A program made the translations under genes and the position numbers. A stretch of DNA of 61,640 bases, filler included, from Dugesia japonica (taxonomy: Eukaryota), in the NCBI GenBank assembly GCA_001938525.1. It is 6 parts of 6 records of this genome, joined end to end, with 100 filler letters (N's around TTAATTAATTAA, not from the genome) between each part and the next. Parts side by side here need not be neighbours in the genome. Positions count along the whole stretch, not along the records: positions 46,223 to 61,640 come from MQRL01594632.1; 5 more parts are not named here. The stretch is one strand, 5' to 3'. Position 1 is the stretch's first letter, and each line of letters begins with the position of its first letter. Under the pieces are notes generated by a model. That model saw only the letters and a list, made by a program, of their open reading frames with translations. It did not search any database and was not told the origin of the DNA. This document shows positions 50,285-61,375 of the stretch, piece after piece.

Positions 50285-51670
50285 TTATTTAGGGAAATAT
50301 TTACTCTTATATTTATCATAAATTTTATTAGAAATTAACCCCATAAATTTTAATTTTTTACAAGTTTTTTTAATATCATTTTCCAAATTATCATGACCTG
50401 ATTTTACAGCTGAAATTAATAATGTTAACTTTTCAAATAAACCTACTGGTCCAAGAGCACTACCAGTTTTTGGTTTTGGGGGTTGTAGTTGGGTTTGTAG
50501 TTGGGTTTGTAGTAGTGATTTTAAATAATTACAATATTCATTACTATCAGCTGTTTTTACTACATCTTTTAAATATAATTTGATAAACTTTTTACTTTCA
50601 TCATCAATTCCAAGTTCATTAAAGTTCCCCATAATTATATCTACAAATTCATCTGAATAATCATGAATTTTATTATTAATTGAAAAACATTTTTTACCCC
50701 CAAAGTTAAAGAAAATTATTTGTATATTTGAATTTTTATATGTTATTGAATTATATATTTTACCACTAGTACTCATTTTTACCATTTCTATAGTGGGGGT
50801 TATTTCTTCTGTTAATCTATTATTAATTATTAAATTTTCAGGTTTAAATGTGGTTGTATCTTTATCATTTAAAATTTTTATAAGTGTATCTCTCAATTCT
50901 ATTTCTGCTTGTGATTTTGGTTCTGATTTGGGTTCTGATTTTGGTTGTGATTTTGGTTCTACATCTGTTTCAAATTCTGTTGATACTTCATCATTAGTTG
51001 ATACTTCTGTTGTTGATGGTGGATTATCACTTTTTCTAGAAGCCTCTTTGAATATTTTTCTTTTGGGTTTCTCCTTAACAATTACTTTTCTAAATTTATT
51101 TTTTAATTTAATAACATAATCAGAATTAGTTGGAGCTGGTGTAATAAATTTATTTAAATAAACCTCAACATCTTCAGGTGTTTCTTTTCCATCTATATTT
51201 CCTAAAATTATTCTAAAAATTCCATCAGTATAAGGAATGACTTCTGATTTAAATAAGAAACTTTTATTNCCATNTTNTTACCAAATAAAATAAATTTTAT
51301 TTTGTTTTAAAGTTATTTCCATAAAACTTTTTATTTTATCAATCGCAGTAACATTTAATCTTGAAAATGTTGGAATAATTGTTTGAGTTAATTTACCAGT
51401 TGCATTAACATTTTCAATTGAATAATCTGGAATAAATGGTATTACTTTTTCATTTAAAAAGAATTTAGTTAAATCTCTAGTTTCTAATATTTGTGATTTC
51501 ACTGAAATGTTATTAATTGCAGAAATTGTTGGTTGTTGTAAAAATGATAATTGACTTTGTAATTCTCTGAATTCAATAACATTACCACAGAAAAAATTAT
51601 TATAATTTTCTTGAGATTTTACTAAAGCTCTTAATTCTCGAATTCTTTCTTCAACTTGTTTTGTATTCAT
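50285..51670 (-). CDS. Conserved Polinton hypothetical protein, probably one gene of about 460 codons
   Basis: ORFs 51278-51670 and 50285-50896 share a frame. The only stop I see (51278-51280) sits beside N calls. The C-terminal LFEKLTLLISAVKSGH..ENDI...L..MGLI pattern is typical of a conserved Maverick protein. Confidence 0.7.
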
Positions 51671-51690
51671 GCTTTGTGTTGGTTATTTTC

Positions 51691-52134
51691 TTAAGTAGTT
51701 TTATAGGGATTTAAATAAAGTCCATCACCTTGTTGAATTATTTGAATTCCATCTTTAAAGTTTCTAGTTAAATCTTTCATGTTAGGATCAATATTTTTAA
51801 AGTATTTATGAATTGCAGAACCTTGATATGGGTTGAGATAAATACCAGAACCAACTCCTTTGGAAGCTTCGCTTCCTAAAAGTGCAGCTTCTCTTGAACT
51901 TTTTACGGTACTTGCAATTCCTGATGCGATTCCGGCTGTTCCAGCGAGGGCACCGATAATTGCCGGGATTGCGGCCAGGAATGCAAATCCCCCAGAAGTA
52001 CTATTACTTTGACGAGATTTGGCTTCATTTTTAACTTTTTTACTAATCCAATAATTTTTTCCATCTATTCGTACCGTTCTACATTTATCAGAATTTATTA
52101 ATTTTGTTAAAGATTCTTCTGTAATATTACTCAT
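51691..52134 (-). CDS. Core / membrane-active virion protein, likely a protease substrate
   Basis: GG|FAFLAAIPAIIGALAGTAGIASGIA hydrophobic helix and repeated GxG(I/L)YLNPY motifs. Confidence 0.7.
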   Translation of the reverse strand: MSNITEESLTKLINSDKCRTVRIDGKNYWISKKVKNEAKSRQSNSTSGGFAFLAAIPAIIGALAGTAGIASGIASTVKSSREAALLGSEASKGVGSGIYLNPYQGSAIHKYFKNIDPNMKDLTRNFKDGIQIIQQGDGLYLNPYKTT

Positions 52135-52213
52135 TTTCTATAATAAAAATTTTACTACAAATTAAATAAACATGGTAAATTATTTCTCTCTTCAATAATT
52201 TTATTTATTAAAT

Positions 52214-55200
52214 CTAATCTAAAATGCCATTCATTACATTTTCACATTTATATTTATTTCCATGGGGCCATCCCCGAATTCCATTATCTTCTAATATTAA
52301 TTTATCACTGTAAGCATTTAACCCAACTTTCTTTTGTTCAGTTAATTGTATTTCATGAAATTTTGATTTCAATGTATAATTTGTCCCATAAAATGTTTTA
52401 CTTCTATTTTTTAAAACTTCATTATAATCTTTTATTGAAAATTTATTTGAACTTTGGAGACCTTTATTTCTTGATGCAAATTTAGTTTCACTACTTGTTG
52501 ATGGTGTTGTAGTAGCAGTAGTAGTAGAAGTAGCAGTAGTACTAGGAGTAGTAGTAGTATAATTATAAGCATAATTTTTAGGTCTTATAAAATCAGCTTG
52601 AATTATTTCTACATTGGGTAATTCATCCTTCATTTGGAAAAGTTGGTTTCCAAGTAAACTTTCAAATTTTTTTAAATTTTCTTTACCTTTTATCTCAATA
52701 AATATTGAATCTGTATTTTTTATTATTAGTGGAAATCCACAATTGAAGGATCCATCTTCAGTTTCAATATCATAAACATCTTCATAACCTTCTCTTAAAA
52801 ATCTAACACTTTGCACATTGGTTTCAATCTCTTCTTTAGATTCTATAATTTTAAAATCTTCTGTGATAATTGAATTCTCGCTTTCACTACAATAATATGC
52901 TTTAGCTAAAGATATTTTATCTGGAAATGTTTTATTTAATTCATTAATTTTTATATCTGGATTTATTAATTTGTTGTGAAGTAATTTTGTTTCAGATGTT
53001 AAATCTATTGGTTTTATTTCTTCACCTTTATCATTTAATAATGAATGATCTTCTGTTACATCTACGATTCCCATTTTAGTTCTTACTCTATAAATCTTTT
53101 TATTTGTTGTGTGCTTAATTACTTTCTTTAATTTTACCCAATTACTCTTTGTCCATATTTCATAATTTTCTGGATAAGAATAATATTTCTCATCATAATT
53201 ATTTCTCTCATAATTTTGATTGATTTCTGAAATCTTTTTTATTTCAACTTTATTACCCCTCTTTAGGATTATTGGTGTGTCGGCTGTTACAGAATCAGTA
53301 TAGAGCAATTTATAATTTTCCCGTCCAATTAATGGATCTAATTGATTATATACAAAATTATACATTATAAATTTTGAATGTTCTAAAATTGTGAATCCAA
53401 TATAAGGAAATTTATTGTAATATAAAATTGATTTTGTCATGTGCATTGCTGCTACAGTTGCTTCATTTGAACCATTTGGTGAAAATATTTTACTGGACTT
53501 AAATGTTAGTTTTGATGCAAACTTTTGATAATCTCTATCAGTGTCTACAATTTCAACATCACATCGATTTCTAATATTTTCATGGGTTTTTCCATAATAA
53601 GCATTTAACATTAATTTATAAATATGATCACCTGATGCATCATTATTTGCTTTTGCTTCATTTCTCAATTCTATTAATTTTAATACATATTCTTTAAGCC
53701 AAGTACTCACTTTAATTTTTATCTTTTTATGAATCTTTGTTATTTTCATTCCTAGATTAAGATATAATTCTAATGTTGATCCAAGGGTTACATAATTCTT
53801 TTTATCAAATTGATTTAGAATTAATTTAGTATTATCTTTCCCTAATTTTCTATCAAAACTTTTTTGATAATTACTTAACATATGTTCTTGAATATTTACT
53901 TTTTCTGGACATAATGGAAAGTATTTAGTTTTCTCATGAATCTCAGGTGGATATTCTAAATCAACTTCATAAACAAAATTATAATTATCTCCTGGTTTTT
54001 CATAAGTTAAATCTTCACATTCTTCCATTTCACCTGTTGGAAGTGGCATTGTCATACAAGATGCATAAAGTGAATTTACATCAGCATATTTTATAAATCT
54101 ATCATCAAATGCATCTTCTGGAATATTTTTTCCTTCCTTTATTAATTTAAGGAAATCTTCAGCTTATGCTTTATTTATTTGTCTATAAGGTTCAAAACTA
54201 TCATGGAAGAATACTTGTCTTTCACTTAATTCAGAAGATACCCCTCCTCTAATTCCAGATTCAATTGTTAAACAATTATTATAAGTTTCTGGTTTTATAT
54301 ATTTTAATCTTACCCCTGTCTTATAATTACAAACTTCCCAAGCATATCCTGGCATTGAATATGAATAAGCTGGATCTAGTTTAAAAAATCCATTCATACA
54401 TTTATTTCTAAATTCTTGAATATAATCTGCTAGAATTAAAACATCAAGCTTCATGTAGTGTAACATGTATTCATACATATTATTGAAACTTAAATAATCT
54501 ATTAAAAATTTATCATGTTCATCATTAGTTATTTCTTTTTGTTTTAAAGTATTAAAGAAATCTTTTCTAGTTGGTGGTTTTGGTGATTTTAATAATTTCT
54601 CAACTTCTTGAATATTGAGACCTTTAACATATTCATAGGGGAATAAAGCTTTTTTAGGTCTTAATCTAAATGAATTTAAGATTGGATGATTATGAGATTG
54701 ATTTAATAAATCACCCATTTTTTCTACTGGAGTAAATGGAATTAATCTGTTGGAATCAAGAAATCTAATATTTCCAAAATGGAATGATATGTAATTTTCT
54801 GAACTATGAGGAATTATTTTTTTTACTTTTCCTGGAAATTTTGTCAATAATTCTATGAAAAATAAATGAGCATCATATCCTGATAAATTATGAAAATAAA
54901 ATGGAATAAATAAATTTTCACCAGAAGATTTATCATTTAAATTACATTCTCTACAAGTCCATCCGCGAAATCTTCCATTAAAATGATTATGATCAATTAC
55001 TGGATCTTTAACTTTTTTATCACAATATCTACATTTAATAAGTTCATTGAATGGAGGGGGATTTCCTTCATAATATTTTTTTAATTTATTATTTTTAATA
55101 TAATTTATTTTTTCATTCATCTCATCTAAAAACTTAAACATTTGCTTATGAGTATCTTCACTTGAAAATTCATAGTATTTACTTTCTAACAAACTTGGAT

Positions 55201-56620
55201 AAGAAGACTTCACATAAATTCCTAATGCCAAAGTTCTTTGTTTTTTAGTAATTGTATTATTCCAAGCTTCAAAATCCCCAACTATGAAAAATGGAACTTT
55301 ATTTTTCTGATAAAATTTATTGAATTTATAATATTCTTCTTTTGGAAATTTAATATTATTTGGTTTGTGATGAATACAAAGATTTTGATGTTTCTTTAAT
55401 ACTGCTTCACTTGAATAACAATTCATACATCTGAGACATAAATGATTTTGATGTCCACTTGTTGTAAAGAAAACATTAACATCTCTACATAAAACATAAT
55501 GATCTTTGTAAATTAATAAATTACATTTCCTTTCATCTGGTGAAGGTTTTGGATTGAAATGTGAAATATATAATGGTTCAAGTTTTTTAGTTGAGTTTAC
55601 TGAAAAAACATTTACTTGAAATCCATTCTTATCTTCAAATTTTTTAACATCAGAAATATGTAATGGAAAATGTAATCCATCATATTTTAATTCACTTAAA
55701 TATTCAATATAATTATTTACTCTTGTTGAATTATTCACTACATATTTATGAGCTAGGATTGAATACAAGAAACATTTATCATCCAGATTTTTAATGTTAA
55801 TTACTCCTGGTTTTTTAAATGGTAACTTTTTAAATGTTGCTCCAACCAATGATTGATATTTATGTAACTCAATTTTATAATCAACAATATTTTCAAATGA
55901 CCATCCTGATCCTTCTCTATCTACATCTTGAATATAATTTTCCAATTCTGTAAACATTTCATTTACAATTTTTGTTATTTCAGTTTGAAAAAGAATTCTA
56001 TTATTATTAGAATAAGAATCAAATTCTTTTTCAACAAGTTCATTATTAATCGTTTTTCTATATCTACCTTTTACTGTCATGTTTACAATAATTTTTTTAG
56101 TATAGTTAAAATATTTAGTAACTATTTCTTGTACTTCATTTTTATATATTTTAATATCTTGAATTATTTCTGGAGTTGTTTCTTCAACTTTTTTTATCAT
56201 TTCTACTTTACTATCCTTATAATGTTCAATTTGATAATTTGTATACATCCTTAAAATATCTCTAATTTCAGGATCATATAAAATTGCTTCATCTTGTGGT
56301 AATTCATTAAATGCATCTATATTTAATTTTTGTTTGTGGGAATCAGAATTATAATGTGATCTTGCAAGACTTTGATATTTAAATTTTTTATTACAGGGTG
56401 AACAATGTAAAGGAAAAATTGATGAGTTTCCCCATGATGTAGAATCTAAATGATTTTGTAAACCTATTTGTGTATTGAATAATTTATTACATCCAACTTT
56501 TGGACATTTTATTCTTGTTGATGGGGGTGCACAAATTCTTGAATTCTCATGACCTCTTAAACCTGCTTTATTTTTAAAAATCTTATTACAGTGATCACAT
56601 TTAGGTGCTGAAGTTGTCAT
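52214..56620 (-). CDS. polB: Protein-primed family B DNA polymerase (about 1468 codons) with zinc fingers, vOTU-like domain, EndoVII-like insert and an intein; one in-frame TAA at 54164-54166
   Basis: The two ORFs share a frame, and the gap reads AEDFLK...KYADVNSLYASC (motif A). Also GDFEA, FHNLSGYD, FLDS, Y..LDV, GIRGG, KLMLNAYYGK (motif B), YTD/TDS (motif C) and PKNY. Confidence 0.95.
52715..53293 (-). mobile_element. Mini-intein (193 aa) in pPolB motif C
   Basis: YTD | SVTADTPII ... VDVTEDHSLL (block B, TxxH) ... VYDIETEDGSFNCG (block F) PLIIKN | TDSIF. Excision restores YTDTDSIF. Confidence 0.95.
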
Positions 56621-56749
56621 TTTTCTAGAGAGTTAATTTAATCACGTAGTTATTTTTATTTTTTGATTTAGATTTATGATTATTTTATAATTTTTATTTT
56701 GGATTTTATTTTATAATTTAAAAACCCCATTCCGGAATTGGGAGATTTT

Positions 56750-57045
56750 ACACCACTACTACTACTACATTTTTTTACTACTACTACTACTCTTTTTTTA
56801 CTACTACTACTCTTTTTTACTACTCTTTTTTTGCGATTTTGCGATTTTACATTGTCTTCCCTAGGGACGACATTTTTATTTTACTACTTTTTTTACTACA
56901 TTTATTTTTACTACTTTAAGGTTTATAAATAATGTGTCTTCCCTAGGGACGACATTTTAACATTTTGGATTTGGATTTAGGATTTAGGATTTTGGTATTT
57001 GACATTTGACATCTGACATCTGACATTTTGACATTTTCAGATTTT
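56750..57045. repeat. (ACT)n-rich repeats, two copies of a 20-bp near-palindrome and short tandem repeats; probable subterminal region of element C
   Basis: CTACTACTAC tracts, TGTCTTCCCTAGGGACGACA near 56853 and 56936, and (TTTAGGA)/(TGACAT) runs. Confidence 0.7.
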
Positions 57046-57138
57046 TTAATATTTATCTCAATATTCTACATTAATATCTTATTTTCATCATTTTATTTTA
57101 GTAAATTTATTCGAAATATCGAATTCATAAATCTCCCA

Positions 57139-57251
57139 AGTAATAGTATATTTGAGGTTGCAGATTTGCGCCCGGCCGAAGATTGCCGAACCGTAAGGTG
57201 AGGTAATCGAAGGGTGGGTGCTTGATCTGCAACCTCAAATATACTATTACT
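57139..57251. repeat. 113-bp foldback element with perfect 27-bp arms
   Basis: AGTAATAGTATATTTGAGGTTGCAGAT / ATCTGCAACCTCAAATATACTATTACT enclosing nested GC-rich stems. Confidence 0.9.
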
Positions 57252-59199
57252 ATCATTGAATATAAATTAATTAATTTACTAACAAGAATCGGTTACAGCA
57301 TTATAACAATCTGGCTCAATGAAATAAATATAAAATAACAGTAAAATTAGTTTCTAAATAAATATTTATTAATTTATTAAAATGAAAGTTAAAAGCAAAA
57401 TAAATGTGTATTGTAATAGAAATATTTTATTTTCAGTAAAGAATATTTTTCAATATAAATTTCTTTGAAACGTTTATTGCATCTTTCAATTTCCGTATTT
57501 ATTCTAGTAGAATAGAATGTCAAGAACTACAATATATTGTTAAATATGAAGCATTCATACTACAGATTCATTATTCGGTTTTAATACATGTACATGTCAG
57601 TCTAAATACATATGCTCAGGGTAGTATAAATATACATGCCTAAAGGTATTTAATTATAGGTATTTCAAGAATAAGACAATAATTAATTTTTTTATAAGTT
57701 AATTAGTTTAAATAAATTAATTATAATTGTCATGCATTGTTTAAGTAACAGTCTTGTTTTCCGTCCAAACCATTACATTATCTTCTTTGCCGTACAACAA
57801 TCCAACAGAACGAATCCAGTTTGAGTAGCTCTAACTAGGCTAAGCTCGATTATCAGTATGTACATCTCTGGTAGCAGTGCTTCCGACTGTTCACATCTGG
57901 CCATATTTGAACACCACTACAAGTGTTTTAAAAACAATCAGTCATCATCGTCAATAATTGACTAAAATCAGATCCGAAAAATAGTAAGGAATTCCAAAGT
58001 AACTTATTCAATACATGACATTTTTTATATTATTTAGCACATATTAGACATTTTTGACACACTTTTTACCATATTAATGTAACCTTTAAATATAAAACCT
58101 TTAAAGAAATAAATATAACTTTTAAATTCCTTTCAGCAAGGAATGCCGGAAAAGAAAGATACCAAAGTGTTTCACAGGTGAACAGGTGAACAAAAAGCGA
58201 AACAAAGTACTGGGCAAAAATTATAGAATGAACGAAAAAAATGCAGAATACCAGGAAGATAAGACACGGCAAGCTTAGAGAACTACCCAAATAGGCAGGC
58301 TCCGCTAGATGGGGTGATAGTCGAAGCCATCAACGAAGTAATGTGACTATGATACCCCTTGAGAACGAGAGGGGTGAATTGGATCAGTAAGTGGCAGAGA
58401 AGTATATAAATTTTTGTAGAGAGCAAGCTTTCGGACAAATGAAGAAAGAGACAAGGGTGCAATAGAAGTAATTGCAGATGTGACAGGGACGATAATACAC
58501 CCAACATCACATTTAAGATGGTTGGACAGGTTTTCAAGTGTCTTTTAGATACAAGAGCCAGGAAAAACGTGAAGAGTTGGAATATAGCAAAGAAGTTAAA
58601 AGACAAAGAGATTGTCAATTGTGAGAAAAAGCCTGAGAGGCGCAAATATAGTAAGCTGCAGACAATAGGTATAGTGACGATATAAGTAAAAATGGAAGAC
58701 ATTATGGAGAAGGTTAAATATATTATAGTCAGATTAGCGACCCTAAATATTATCGAGAGGTTTGAATTACAAAGGCAGTTCAGATTTGTGTTACGAAGGG
58801 ACCGCCGAGAAGGTACAACAAGCGGAGAAGAGGGGAGCAGAGAAGAGCATATATGCATTTTAGAAGCAAAATTTCGTAGACGTGTTAGCCATAGATAGGG
58901 TGAGGGTAGAGTTAGTTAGTAACATCATTTATGGCTGAATTTATGGTTGACAACTAGAATATCAGACGGACACACCTGGCAAAACATGTGATCAGAACGA
59001 CAAGCAATTTAATATGTCAGATCATTCAGACAAGCGATGAATTTGGAAGCAAAAGTTAAGGTGACCATCACAAATCTATACGAGAACAAAATCATAAGAG
59101 AATGCAGATTCCGATAGAATATGTCAATTATCTAAATCTGGAAGAAGGACAAACATGAGGTAAGATTATGTTTGGATTTCAGGCAAATTAATGTGGGTT

Positions 59200-59880
59200 C
59201 TTAGATTTAAAAGATTTGGTAAATAGTAACAAGTGTAAATGTAAATAATTAATAGAAGAAATTATTGGATTGGGACAGAGTTTAAAAAAGAAATAAAAAC
59301 TAGAATATAAAATAATACAAATGAAGGTGGTTTTGATTTTCTTGCTGCTTATCTTGCTATAACTGCTGGTTTGTCTGAAGCAGCATGAGTAGCTATTGAA
59401 ATAGCTTCTACAATTAGTAACTTTAGAGAAGAAAATAAAAAACCAAAAGAAATAGAATTGGTGGATATTCAAAAACTAAATTTAACATCTGATAAAACAG
59501 CTTATGAGAAATAGCATCTGATAAAAAGTTTTTGATAATAGTAATAATACTAATTACTCGTTAACCACAGAATTTCGCTCGTCACATAGCTTAGGTGTCT
59601 ATCTTAATCCATACAAAGGATTTGCTTTACATAAATATTTCAAGAATGGTTTAGGAATAGAAGCACATGTTATAAAGACTAGTTTATAACTCAAATAAGA
59701 TATTGAAAAATTAAAAGAACAAGTAACCAAGGGCTTATCATTGGGTTCATCACAGGGTTCAAAGAAATCTTCCACCAAGAAAGCTAAACATAATAAGCTT
59801 GTTTTGTAAGCTCTAGCAATAACAAAAAAAATTAAAAAAGGAGTAAAAAAAACAAAGCAAGGAGATGGGTAAAATTTGAG
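59200..59880 (+). pseudogene. Heavily decayed third copy of the family C core protein gene
   Basis: NEGGFDFLAAYLAITAG..A..IASTI, GVYLNPYKG.ALHKYFKN and KQGDG all match 51691-52134. Confidence 0.7.
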
Positions 59881-60723
59881 ATCTTTTCTGGGAAAAAGAA
59901 TTTTGAAGCACAAACTGAAACAAAAACTGAAGATGAAGATGAAACAGAAATGTAACCTTTTTAAATTTTACATGTTAAATAAATAAATAAACTCGAACCT
60001 CGCTTCACTCGGTTTTTTAAATAAAATAATTGAATATGATCCAGACAATTGAATAGACGATAAAGGAAAAGTACTTTAAGAATAGATTGCAGCTCATAGC
60101 AGATTTAGCAATTTATTAGTTAAACAAACCACAAATTCTATTTCTTTTTTAAAATTACAAACTAATAAACTCTTCAAAGGCAGATAACTCTAAGAGAATT
60201 TGAAGAAACTTAACGAAAAACACTGGAACATGGGAATAATATAATACGAAGTAGTGAACTCCTTCTTTATTTAGAAATGCGTAAAGTTATATATAAAAAA
60301 ACACCAACCAGGCTCAGTCGACACTGTCCACGTTTTAAATACTAACGACACCTAGTGTAGCTTAACCAAAATATTATTATACTTTAATAATTAATAAAAG
60401 CACAAACGTTTATAATACTTAAACAACACTTTTGTTTAATTCATCTTTTTTTAATCTTCTTATTTTCCCTTAGATTGGAAATTAGGGAAATTATGCTAAA
60501 ATTTGATAAATAAATTTGTTTTAATTCTATATTGTTAGTTTAATTGACATCTTAAACATTCAAAAATAAAATAAAATAACAGTAGTTCTTTTCTACTATT
60601 CCAAAAATGATTAGAAAACATAACAAAATAAAGCAGTAACTACAATGAAATTTATCAATGAAAATTTTAACAAAATAATACAAAACTAAATATTCTCAAT
60701 GAACTTCAAGCATGATCAAAAGA

Positions 60724-60783
<60 letters not shown>

Positions 60784-61375
60784 ATTATTATTATNNNNNN
60801 NNNNNNNNNNNNNNNNNNNNNNNNNNNNNNNNNNNNNNNNNNNNTATTATTATTATTATTATTGTTACCTCTGTCCGAAAATTTGGTATACATTTGGATT
60901 TTTGACATAAGTGTGTTCACTTGAGACTATAAATATTGCAGAGTCAGCGTTAAAATAAACTCTTTATTGTGTGTATATATTGGATATTTCGAAATACATC
61001 GTATTGGTTAATTGTTTTTTAGTAAGTCTATACCATATTTCCCGACAGAGGTATAATGTTTTTAATATTAATACTAATAATAATAATAATAATAATAANN
61101 NNNNNNNNNNNNNNNNNNNNNNNNNNNNNNNNNNNNNNNNNNNNNNNNNNNNNNNNNNNNNNNNNNNNNNNNNNNNNNNNNNNNNNNNNNNNNNNNNNNN
61201 NNNNNNNNNNNNNNNNNNNNNNNNNNNNNNNNNNNNNNNNNNNNNNNNNNNNNNNNNNNNNNNNNNNNNNNNNNNNNNNNNNNNNTTAATTACTTGATAA
61301 TCAAATTTTGATTCCCAAATTTTTGAAAATTTCTAAAAATAAAAAACATTATTTTTAAAAGTAAAATTAACTCTT

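Larger units (their letters stand above)
46223..57050 (-). mobile_element. Nearly intact Polinton-like virus, element C; left part missing and right boundary uncertain
   Basis: Dense intronless genes: pPolB, core protein, conserved hypothetical, penton and protease. No major capsid, ATPase or integrase is present in the part visible. Confidence 0.9.

Noticed and set aside
49487-51119. + strand ORFs 49487-49906 and 50793-51119; also 55928-56254, 8956-9309, 37802-38224 and 4031-4324
   Set aside because: They are antisense shadows of real genes on the other strand.
52715-53293. Alternative reading of the insert as an intron or a hedgehog-type HINT domain
   Set aside because: There are no splice signals at the boundaries and the frame is open throughout. 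It has the terminal Asn plus Thr+1 of a true intein at a known intein site.
58283-58898. 191-aa minus ORF; another frame ends in DGFDYHP, weakly like an SGNH hydrolase
   Set aside because: Low-complexity Leu/Ser composition and stops in the alternative frame. Probably a decayed retroelement piece, but not assignable.
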